Source: Nemertoderma westbladi (Eukaryota; Animalia; Xenacoelomorpha). From it: a stretch of DNA of 63,458 bases. The notes under the pieces were generated by a model. That model was not told the origin of the DNA. It saw only the letters and a program-made list of their open reading frames with translations, and made no database searches. This document shows positions 25,052-36,364 of the stretch, piece by piece (the stretch's first letter is position 1; every line of letters starts with the position of its first letter). A program made the translations under genes and the position numbers. The stretch covers positions 1 to 63,458 of the forward strand of contig JAUCBJ010001625.1 in the NCBI GenBank assembly GCA_032718475.1, written 5' to 3'.

Positions 25052-28000
25052 CTAAATTACTAAATTACCGTATCCGTCGCTATCAACAAGTACCGAAATG
25101 GGCAACAATGTCATTGGCGCCTGCATAAGCAGGTGCGCTGGTGTCAAGGCAAACTGTGCGTCGTTATTGTCTGGGATCAAAGCGATCGGTCTAGTGTTCA
25201 AAGTCGCTTCAATTTCTATTAGTGACGTCGTCAGTTGGTCGTCTGTCAAGCTGTGTTGCGTCGGTATTACTTTAGCCATAGCTGTCTTAATTGAGCCAAT
25301 CAGCCTTTCCCAAACGCCCCCTCTCCACAGACTGTCTGGAGTATTAAAATTCCAAACAATACAGTGAGGACGTAGTACCTCGGCAATATGGTTTTGGTAT
25401 AACTTTCTTAAAGCTCTGGTTATTTCGTTCTGTGCGCCCACAAAGTTTGTCCCTTGGTCGCAATAAATGAATTTGACCAATCCACGTCTAGTGATAAATC
25501 GCCGTAAGGCTAGGATAAAAGCATTGGTGGTAAATCTGTCACTCGCTCAATATGGACAGCTCTGCTGGCCATGCAAGTGAAGATCAATCCCCAACGTTTT
25601 ACCTGTACCCTTCCGCGTTTTGCAATTATGGGTCCAAAACAGTCTATCCCTGTCTCAGTGAAAGGGGGTCTAAACGCCTGTAATCTCGCTAATGGTAGTT
25701 CACTCATTTCTTGGTGTCCTATCCTCGCATGCACCTTCTTACAAATCATACAGTTCCGTGTTACCGAACTCAGTGCCTTGCTAGGCCTAATCAGTACAAA
25801 CCTCAATCGTAAATGTGACAGACAGTGATGTCTACCCACGTGTTTGAGTTGTACATGTGCGTCCAGTATCATAGCGCGCTGTAACTCATGGTATTGCGGT
25901 ATGATGATAGGATACCTAAAGTCAAGTGCAAAGTCGATGTTTTGAAGTCTGGACTTGTGACAAAGTAAGCCCCGATAAATAATCGGACTCCAACTGAAAA
26001 TCGGTGAAGACTTGATCTGTTTACCTTGGTTGATCGCTGTAAACTCTCGTGCAAAATATCGCATCGCAATATCATTAAGGTAAGTCTTCTAGGAAAGTCG
26101 CGTTTGCCTCTGGCATATTGTCTCAAACGTTTGAGCCATGCTAACTTGCGGCACGCGTCAGTCCATGATCTAGTTAGGTTTACTATCCGGTCAACGTAAG
26201 TGTTAGTGACGTCATCAGGTAAGGTATAGTCATAGTGTGGATACTTGTTTGGACTTGGTAGGCCCACGGGCCTTCCGGTAGGTTTGTCTGAGTCCCCAAG
26301 TATGTCAAACTCCACGGTCTTACCTTTACCGTCCGCTCCTAGTGATTCGACTGGCAGTAACGGTTTCAACTCTACAGTATTTGTGTGTTCCTGTGAGCCT
26401 GTAAGCTTCCTAACCTTAGTTACACGTTTACCTGTAGGTGGTAAGTCAAGTACTTTCTTTGAGCGGAGTGTGATCGCTGTGGCCACACCTTTGTCGTCCA
26501 AAGAAGTCAAATTTGGTAAGTTTCTAATTGTCCGCTCCAATGGGTCTTCTACTGGAGTGTCTAGTAGACAGTCTGGTAAAACGTCCGGTGAAAAGTCTGG
26601 TGAGACGTCTGGTGAGACATAGCGCGGAACATCCGGCAAAATGTCCTGTCGTCGGTCCCAAAGAGAGTCAAGCGTAATTTCTGTCAGAAAGTCTGGTCTA
26701 AAGTCTGGTGGAGAGTCTGTCGAGATGTCTGGTGGAAAGTCTGGTGAGACGTCTGGTAGACAATCTGTCGAGAGTTAAATAAAACAATCTGGCGAACAAT
26801 CCGGAGAACAATCTGGTGTCGTTTCTGGTGAATAATCTGGCGAGTAATCTGGTGAACAATCCGGCGAAGCGTCTGGTGAAATCTCCCGCGGAACATCCGG
26901 TGAAAGATTCGTATGAGCGTCTGGTCGAGATTCTGGTGAGACGTCTGGCGTAATGTCAGGTCTAGCATCCAGGTCATCAGATTTCGTCAGTCCTTGTTTC
27001 CTCTTGACCTTGGCGTTGGCTTTCGCTTTAGATTTGACAACCTTGTCGATTTTTATCTCGGCACCCTCTGGTATGGTATTGGTTGTCGCGTCGAATAAAG
27101 GTGGCCATTCGTCTGATGGTCGCTGTAGGAAATCGGGTCCTCTAAACCAAAGGGATTTATTGTCCGGTTTACAAAAGTCAAGCGGTTGCATCCCCCGTGA
27201 TGCGATGTCAGCTGGGTTCAGCTTCCCTGGACAGTGACGCCAATCTTGTTTGAGCGACCGGTCTAATATTTCAGCCCATCTGTTGGCTACGAAAGTATTG
27301 AACTCAAATGCTTCGTTGTTTATGTACCAAAGTACCAACGTCGCATCCGTCCAGTATGTGACCTTCAAGTTAGCCTCCAGCTCGCGTAGAACTAGACTGA
27401 CAATATCGGTGGATATCGTCCCGGCTTGCAGCTCTCCACGAGGTAGTCATATACTTCAATGGCATTGTTCTAGCTCTTGAAGTAACGAGAGACACATCGT
27501 AGCTGTCCGATGTCACTTGTCGTCTAAGGTATAAAGTAACCCCCAATCCATCCTTGCTAGCGTCACTAAAGCTGTGAAGCTCTAAATCAGCAGGAAAGGT
27601 GGTCTGCAAAGGAAAGTATACCCTTGGTATGGTATAGTCTTGTAGGAACGTCAGTTGGGCTTCCCAGTCCCTCCATTGTTCAGCTAGCTTTTCTGGGATG
27701 GGGTCGTCCCATTCCAGTCCGGCTTGCCAAATGCTGCGGAGTATGATCCTAGCATGTAGGATCACTGGACTAATGAAACACAATGGGTCATACAATCGAC
27801 TCATGGTCAATAAGCAAGTCCTCTTAGTGAGAGGTCTAGTCTGGTTGTTGGACCTTACACGTACCCTAAAATTGTCGGTGTTAGGGTCCCAACTAAGTCC
27901 TAATACTTTGGTCGTCGGTAGAGGTTCTAGGTCTAAGTCTAAATCTCCTCCACTGCGATCCGTCGGGTCAAATGAGTCCACTAGTTCGGGTTCGTTGGAA

Positions 28001-29627
28001 GCAAACTTCGTAAGGCGGAATCCGCCCTCAGCGAGACAATCCTGGAGTTGGTGTGCTACGGTTGTAGCGCGCTCCAAAGTGTCACAACTCTTGAGGCCGT
28101 CATCCACGTAGAATTCTCGTTTCACTGTCCAAACTACTTCTGGGTCAAATTGATCTCGTCTGTCTAGTGCGGTCTGCTTTAAGGCGTACAAGAAGGTGCA
28201 GTTGGGGCTGTCCCTGGCTCCGAAAACTCTTACCTGCATTTGGTAAGTTTCTGGCGGAAATTTCCGTCCGGATACCAAAGAAACCTCAAGCTGTCCCTGT
28301 CCCGCTCCAAAGCCTTAACATGGTGAAACATGGCCTCTACGTCACAGGTGAAAGCCACTCTGCGTTGTCTAAAACGCATTAGGACTCCCATGAAGTAATT
28401 ATTCATATTCGGCCTGTCTATCAGTTCGCTGTTCATAGACATTCCTTGGTAAAGTGCTGCGCAGTCGTTGACTACACGCACCTTGCCAGGTTTGTCCGGG
28501 TGTCGAACAAAATGATGTGGCAGGTAATATGTCTGATCTGTGGTTACGTCGGGATTTAACATTCTAATGGCGTATCCCTTTTGGAGATACGTCTGAAGTT
28601 GGGCATTGTATTGCATATGGGCCGTCTTGTCTCGCAACAATCGCTGCCTTATTGATTTGAGTTGCCTTAAAGCAAGCGGGTAATTGTTAACAAGCTTAGG
28701 TTGTCCATTGCGCCACAACATGCCAACCTTGTAGTGGCCATTCGCGGTCTGGCAAATAGTATCTCTCATAATATTTAATGACCGTTTTTCCTGTTCTGAC
28801 ATAGCGGTCTCGTAACTACCGGGTTCTGCTGAGTCCTGTTCCAACCATTGAATGGTCCGTTCAGTCAGCAGTCGGTCAAGCGCTGCTTGCACTGCGCCAT
28901 GGTCCTCGTCCACATCTTCGTCCGCTGCGGTGGCTAGTGTCAATGTGTCTGGTAGGCTCGCAAGCCTTCCGGTGTCACTAGTCGGCGTAGAATCGTCGTG
29001 CGGCGGTTTGACAACCTCTTTATCTGTCGGTAGGCTCGCAAGCCTTCCTAGATCAAAGACCGGTGTTGAAGCTTGGTGGGTGGGGTCAATGACCTTTGGA
29101 TTTTTCGGTAGGCTTGCAAGCCTTCCAAAAACCTCGTTCATCGAATCAACATTCAACCCAATCAACATCGCGATTGAGCAATAGTTAACAGGACATTCCG
29201 GTATTCCAAGATGTCGGAAACACTTACGATCTTCCGGTGATTGCTCTGGCATAGGGCCGAGCAAGTTACTAAAGTCCTTCGTAGCTGCAAAGGTCAAATT
29301 TCTTACCGAAAGTAATGAGCGCTCCTCCTTGCTGTGTTCCGCTTTGGAAAGAAGAGTGTCTAAGGTTAGTTTTACTCTTGTCACTGGGATCGCTCTCTTA
29401 CCATACATGCTGCTTACAGCATACTGAGCAGTCTTACCTTGACTCATGTCCGTAACTACGTCGGCTACTTGTTCGTCGACATGACTATGCAATGACGCAG
29501 AATCTAAGATAGTGTATATACGCTTGCTCCCTCGGGTTCCGGTAATCTTTATAGGAATCACGCTAAACCCTTTCAATTGGTTCTGTGTGAGGAGTGTTAC
29601 CGATGGCTGTTCCTCACCCGCATGCAC
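25052..29627 (-). pseudogene. pol: BEL-B pol (PR, RT, RNase H, IN), frameshifted
   Basis: TILDSAS, DVEAMFH, FYVDD, FSDAS, NPADIASRG, TGIDCFG, DQGTNFVG and WERLI across six ORF pieces. Confidence 0.93.
26560..26960 (-). repeat. 12-bp coding minisatellite, (SPDx)n, between RNase H and integrase
   Basis: TCTGGTGAGACG-like units on plus, translating to SPDVSPDCSPDYSPE on minus. Confidence 0.85.
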
Positions 29628-29708
29628 GTAGAAAGTATTGTCTTCCTCCTCATCCTCGTCCGATGATCCCGATTGATTCGTACAATCCGCATAAAACGTA
29701 CGGATCTC

Positions 29709-32700
29709 TCACGGCGCACGCTTCTTGTAAAGCGCGTCGCATCTAGCCGCTTTATCTAGATGCTCTCGTCGAAAGCGTCTGGTCGGAGTATGACTTGTTG
29801 AGTGAAGTAAAGCGTCGTGGTTACTTCCACACTGAGGACATGTATCGTCGCTCGGGCAATCCTTCCGGACGTGTCCTGGCTTCGTACATCTCCAGCAAGA
29901 ATCCAAAGATCGAATTTGAAGTCTTCTCTCTTCGATTCCTAACTCCCTAAAAGCGCAACATCCACGAAGTTTATGTCCGCTATGGTTTCTGCCGTTCCGC
30001 TCGCAGTATGAGCATCCCACAAAGTCCGCCGGCAACTGTTGTCATGGCTGCGTGGTGCCGATAGGCATCAGAACTTTAGAAGTCTCAGTAGGGGTGGCGT
30101 AGGTAACGGCTTTCGCGTTCGTCAGAAATGGTTTGGTCCGAGTCGGCGCAGAAATAGCTATCCCTTCTGCCGCGATATAGTGATCAGTGTAGTTTGATCG
30201 AGTCTCGATCACGGCCTCCCGTGAAATCAGTTGGTAGACGTCGGTGAGTTTCAAAAGCCCGCCGGCTTCTTCACGCTGGTACTCGATGCGTCGCCATTCT
30301 CGTCGGAGTCGATAATGAAGTCGACCGATTATCCTGATGAGAACCGTCGGTGCGTTTGCGTATTCGAGTTGTCCAATGGACCGTAAAGTCCCTATAGCGT
30401 TTTTGATTTCGTCCGCGAGTCGTAGAAGGTCGATCGGTCTCGAAATGTTGCCTCCTCTGCAGAGGTCTTCTATAATGGATTTAGCCATGGCCACGTTAAC
30501 GCCGTAAATCGAATACAAATGGTCGTACGCCAACTCAAAGGCATCTGGAACACCAATAAAGGTTTCCGCTAATCGTTTCGGCTCACCAGACAGGACTTGG
30601 AGCAAGTAATTAACAGGACTTCTCCGCCGATGTGAAAGCACACTTAGCAATCTGGGACTCTACGTAGTCTACCAGTGTGCGCCAGTGTTTCGCGTTGCCA
30701 GAGAACTTCGGCGGTTGTTGGGCCGGTAATCCGTGTCTAGCCGCAAATTTTGCAATCTCGCTAACCAAATCCAACTGTCCGCGTCCCTGTTCGGTTGCGT
30801 CGTCCAGTCGTTCCCTTCCGTGCATTGTCCGTCGGTAGGAATTATTAACGGGATCTTCTTCTCGATGGGTCAGAGTCTGTCTAGTCTCCTGTTCTCTCCG
30901 TGGTAGTTGATGTTGTTTAGGTTGTTCTAACTCCACGCTGGTTCGTGATCGATCCGACGGTTGCGCTTCGAGTCGTTCTTCGAGTTGAGCTAGTCGGTCC
31001 GTCACAGGTCGTATTATTTTGGCGAGTCTGTTGGTGCTGATCGCTTCCGCTGATCGCTTCCGCTGGTTGCAACGTGGGTTTCTGTTGGGGTATTTCTCGT
31101 GGTGGATTGTCGATGTATGGGTTCGTTAATCTCTCCTCCCGTTTGTAATCAGCCGCCGCTCCAGTATGGAATATTTCCCGTTCCGTAGACTCCGAGGCAC
31201 TGGATGAATCGCTGTCGTCCGTATAAGTTGGTTGGCGGGTTCGCGTATGGCGTATTACTCTTGGTCGAGTTCGTTGTGATCTGGGATCTACGGCTCTCCG
31301 TTGTTCGGTAGGCTCGCAAGCCTTCCACGTAGTCATAGGTCTCGTTAAACATTGGGTGAGAGGTCTAGTAAAAACATCAGAGTTAAGTGCTACTGTAGGT
31401 TTATAAATGACTGGGTTCGCACAGCACGTCACAGGTTTAACTTGTAATGGTTTACTCACCTGTTTTACCGTCATAAACGCAGGTTCGTCTCTCTCTACAA
31501 GTAAACTACGGCTTACAGTAGGTGGACTGCGATCTTACCTGCGAGAATCAGCGATGAAGTCGCTCGTGGCTGCGGAATTGATTCCGACATAACAAACCTA
31601 TTACCTTGCACGGGTGATATTTTCTTCTGTTTTGCAAACATAACCGATTTTAATGGAGTCGTGGGTTTGAGCATAGGAATAACTTGGGGAAAACGTTGAC
31701 AGTAATCCTCGACGAACTCCTCTCCTTGATCTATTGCTCCCAAACTTCATTCCTCGATTTGCTTCTGAATTCCGCGATATCGAGTCTCCATGCAATCCAG
31801 GGCAGACAAGTCATGTCCAGCTCGAGACCTTATAGATCTATCTCTCGTGTCAAGTTCGAGGTCCTCTTGCGCGTTCGCCGCCTTGCGCGATCTGCGATTT
31901 AGTTCGAACTGGAGCTGCATCTCCCTTTCACGTCGATCTGCTTCCTGTTGTTGTGGCGTTAATTCTGCTTCTTGTATAGCTAGTCGAGCGTTAATTTGTC
32001 GCGCCTCCAACTTGGCACGAGCGTCGGATGCTGCTTTCTTCCGTGCTGACTCAGCTGCGTTTACCGCCACAACTCGTGCTAACTCATCAGCTGCTGCCGC
32101 CGCGGCCGCTTCCTCCAATCTTCGCATCTCCGTGGCTTCGAATTCGGCTTGCGCCTTGAGTTGCGCAATTCTCGCCTCGTCCTCTCTATGTTGTTTCTCT
32201 CCCTCGATGGCGATCTGTGCCATCTGCCATTGCGCTTCTTCCTCGACGACTTGTTGTCGGCGTGCGACCTCCTGTTGTTGTCGAGTAATTACAGACGCTG
32301 TCCTACTAATGTCGCCAACGTCGCTCCGCACACTAACGAACGATCTATCCAGTGGTGGAATTTGGTAGGCTCGCGAGCCTTCCGTAGAGAGAACTTCCGT
32401 CGTCCCTCTCGGTACAACTTCCGGTTCTTCGATCAGTACGCCGCATCTACGAAGAAAATAAGTGAGCGTCTCTAACAGTTCTTCTTCCTCTTTGGGTTGT
32501 AACAACGCATCCGAAATTTACTCACCTAGCAGTTGGTCGAGCTGCTCCTGTTGAGCCAGTCTTATTACTGACTTAAACTGAATAAGGCTTTCTCTCGCAC
32601 TTACCAACTTATCAATTATCTTTACCTGAGTAAAGTTGTCGCCACGCAACTCTGCAAGTTTGTGTAAACCTTTAAGTTTATCTACGGAAGCATGTACCCT

Positions 32701-32808
32701 ACATTCTATCCTCACCTGTAAGGTGTAAAACTCGTATCTCGACATCGGGGCGGTTAACTCGCGTAAAACACGAAAACCTTCTCCGAAGTTTCGAGTAATC
32801 TGAGCCAT
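29709..32808 (-). pseudogene. gag: BEL-B gag (Ala/Glu coiled coil, capsid-like region, zinc knuckles)
   Basis: PPKFSGNAKHW, LIRIIGRL..RLRREW and CWRCTKPGHVRKDC..CPQCGSNHDALLH. ATG at 32808. Confidence 0.88.
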
Positions 32809-33939
32809 GTGTCCTCCTATACTCCTAATAACGTTCTCCTGGCTTCCAGTCGAACTTACATTGTCCGGTTCCCGCGATCTGGTCTGCGGGACGGTAAGGA
32901 AATCTTCAATTCTGCCGTCACCACGCGTTGCGGCTTCCGGTATTTCCGTTCAGGGTACCGGCGATGCACGCGGTGTGACATCGGTGGAATCTCGGGTTCT
33001 CCTTCTCGGTTCGTCTACTGTCGATCTGTCCGGGTCGCACGAGTCATAGTCGGTAGGAGGGTATCGAGTCGAATGTGGTGTGTCACTCATGTCTTATTAT
33101 ATACGTCGAGTACAGGTAATAAAAGGTCAAAGTATCAAAATGTCAAACTTACCTTGGTATATATATATATATCATATATATACCCTAACCGGTACAAATA
33201 AAACTAACAAAGTATATAATAAAATATGTAATAATCTAGCCTACCGGCTAAATTTGTACGAATAAGTGAGATAATGGTATACGTTCCCAAAATGTAGATC
33301 AACAAGTACAAATAATAGGCAAAACAGCAACGTCTAATGGGAAAATAAGTACCAACAACACTACTAATTTAGACAGTGAAACCCACAAATTTTGAGTACT
33401 ACTGTGCTTTCTAAGTTTGAACGACACGAGTCATAAAACTTACGCTCCTTTGATCTTCCAGTCGTGCAAATTCCCAAATACAAACAGGACGTAGGTCGTT
33501 CCGTTTTTTGGCGGTGCGGACGAAATTTGTGTCTCCCAAACTTTGCGAAAAGCGGTCTAATCCTCAAAGCGGTCCAGAAATGAGTCCTTGAGTCTTGAAA
33601 AGTCGAAGGTGAGAGTTTTACTTCTACTCTACGAAAAATCTTCCTAGGTACCGATACAACTTGGTCTTTAAACCCTATGTACCTTTTCAAGTACCGAAAG
33701 TAACACCGCACACACACAGCATAAAACATTGCTACAAACTAACTATTAGCTAGTCAAATGTTAAATACGAAACTACTAGCTACCCTAAAGGCCTACTGAA
33801 GCAGGGGACGTTCTACAAATTACTAATTTTACTAATTTTAAATTTTTTAAATATCTCCTACATTTACAATAGCTAACAATATATTTATATATCTCACCTT
33901 AAAATGCGCACGCACTTCCGGTCGAGATATTTAATAAAA

Positions 33940-33949
33940 TATACCTCAC
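33940..33949 (-). promoter_or_regulatory. BEL-B non-canonical primer-binding site (self-complementary)
   Basis: Minus strand GTGAGGTATA directly follows the LTR end with no TGG. It is complementary to TATACCTCAC in the LTR (35246-35255 and 22389-22398). Confidence 0.7.
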
Positions 33950-35709
33950 TGTTGTGTCCTCTGCGGTAGGGACTACCCTACGGCCTACAAATCTACTAAT
34001 ATGAAGCTCTAACCGTAAAGTCCAGTAGTATACCGCTTACCAGATCCTAGTAACTATGTATCTTACTGTAAGACTCTAGTAATGAAATGGGCTCGTACAG
34101 TATCTGACAATAAATCCCAGTCCAGGATATCTAAACAAACAGATACAATACACAAACTACTACTGGCGAGGAGCAGAGCCTGGTGTCTATTCTATGTACG
34201 TGAGCGGGTCTAATGCCTACGAACTAGACAAAAGGATACCTGTCCTCTAACCGGTATGGCAGATGTACAGTTACAGTAACAGACCAAACTCACGGGAAAA
34301 CAAACCCCGCGCAGCAAATCCTAACTATCGCTGACAGTCCTAAAATACCGTAACTTGCCGCGCTGTGATTTATATGGTTTATATACGAGCTAGGTGGGTT
34401 ACAGCCCTAGCGTAACAATACTGATCTCCCTGTCGGAATCAGTCTAAAAGGGGTCGTGCCTAATGTAACAATACTGCTGCTCTAGGCAAACAACAGTTTA
34501 ATAACGAAATAATGAAATACTCCCTTTGCCGTAACTAAATATCTGATCTTAATTTTACAAATACGAATAGTAAAGTGCAGATATATTCTTCCTAAAGTAA
34601 TCTAAAGAGCGCTATAACTAGTAGAACTCTAGGGGTAAATATGTTTTAGGGCGTGTGTGTGTGGGTGTGTTACAATAAAATAATTTTGGTGTATATTATT
34701 TTACTAGGTTTTAGTAATTCTCTGACCAAAACAATACCGTGCGCTAGCTACTAAAATAAGCTAGTCGCGTTTTTGTAGAACTTTATACTTACAAATGACG
34801 TCAAAGCTCTCTCCTTCCTATCCACAACTCAACTGGGCAACCATGGTGTTAGTAACTATACCCGTGATCGGCACAAATACCAGATTCTGGTTATAAGATA
34901 AGAAATAGGGGTTAATTGCTACCGTACGCTAGCTGATCTGGTATACAAATTTGATTCTAGAACTTTGTTGCTGCGGTAGTTAGCAGCAAATACCTATCAG
35001 TACGTGGCAAGGCGCAGTAGGATATTAATAAAACCTCCCTAGGCCAAGAGGTGTGCCGGTAGCAGAAATGCTCCTTGCCTGATCAAATAACTAACTTCAA
35101 GCAGGGGGGGGGGGTGTACTAATGTATAGTTCTACAGAACAAACTGGTACCGAGCGGTCAGTTTGCGAATCACTAAATTATGGAACGTATGCTGTCTGTA
35201 CCTAATATGTACTCGCGTACTGACGGACGGCAATAGCTCGCACCTGTGAGGTATACAGGTAACCCAGGGATTTGCAGGACTGACAAAGGGGGTTCTGCCT
35301 AGAACATAGTTATTTGATCCTAAATTTTGCAGCGTTCCAGGACGGCGTCACGCTTACCCTGATCTATAGGTCTTACGTCGGGCAAGAGCGTCAAACAAAG
35401 TCTTACCTTCCTCGGAAGTCGGGCGCTGCATGGCAAGTGGAGTATTTTGTAGGGCGAAGGGGGTGCGCGGTCTAACCTAATGTGGGCGCTAGCGTGTTGT
35501 GGACATCCTTTCCCTGCGTTGCTGACGGCCTAACGGTCTAGGCGGCCATCTTCCTGCTGCTTGGCTGTCCCAAAGTTGGACAAAGGAAAAACATGTTCAG
35601 AAGTTGACAGTGTAATTACAGTTTAGCAAAAGATTTATCAAAACAGATTTACCAAATAGTTTCAACAAGAAACTAATAACGAATGATTAGTGCAAGAAGT
35701 GAGACAAGA

Positions 35710-35876
35710 GTGAATGGTAAGGTGATAACCGAAGGCAAACCAGCCCTTATATACACTAAATCTGGGACATGGAATCCAAACAGAATTTTCCATAGCCTCA
35801 CATTGGAGCAATAAGACGTTCTATGCCCTATGATTGGCCCAGCTCATCGTTTGATACGTTGTACGCACCTCATTGG
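35710..35876 (-). promoter_or_regulatory. Probable Pol II promoter of BEL-B
   Basis: Minus strand has two CCAAT boxes (35872-35876, 35833-35837), TATATAAG (35746-35753) and an Inr-like CCATTC ~30 nt downstream. Confidence 0.6.
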
Positions 35877-35922
35877 TCCACCAATCTGCACCAAATGAAA
35901 ATAAATTGCACCAAAATGCAAA

Positions 35923-35995
35923 CCTCCCGACCGGGATTCGAACTCGTAACCTATCTGTAATGTAACCAACGGCTTAACCATCTGACCACTACGCC
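35923..35995 (-). ncRNA. tRNA-like Pol III cassette in the BEL-B 5' LTR
   Basis: Same A/B-box cassette as 23066-23138. Confidence 0.65.
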
Positions 35996-36364
35996 ATGAG
36001 AGTAACTAGGGGTTTTATGTGTACAAATATGAATAGGCATATTACAATACTGTAACTTAATCAAAATGCGTCGGGTTTTAGAAAGTTTTTACGTGAAACT
36101 ACAAATGCTATCTTATAGTGAAATAATCCATCAATAAGATAAGATAAGATATAGTATTCGGAGATAACTCCAGTTAGAGTAGCGCACAGACAACATTAAA
36201 AATCACAATAAAAGGCACAATGTACCGACCAGGACAAAAGTAAAAAGGTTAACACGGTAAACGAGGCGACTGATACTCTAGCTTAAGTAAATATCAATTA
36301 ATATAAAATATGCAACGCATTGCACAAAGTATTTAAATGAAATAAAAATTCACAACGAAACAAG

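Larger units (their letters stand above)
21046..36133 (-). mobile_element. BEL/Pao LTR retrotransposon BEL-B (both LTRs, ORFs degenerate)
   Basis: Two ~2.2-kb LTRs with TG...CA ends and TSD ATAAG (21041-21045 and 36134-36138). BEL-type gag-pol. Confidence 0.95.
33950..36133 (-). repeat. BEL-B 5' LTR (2184 bp)
   Basis: Direct repeat of 21046-23276. Confidence 0.95.

Noticed and set aside
33918-33927. 10-bp complementarity between the LTR tRNA-like RNA 3' end and the BEL-B leader (self-encoded tRNA primer idea)
   Set aside because: It lies 22 nt from the LTR edge and needs a G-U pair. The boundary-anchored self-complementary site explains priming better, and chance is plausible.
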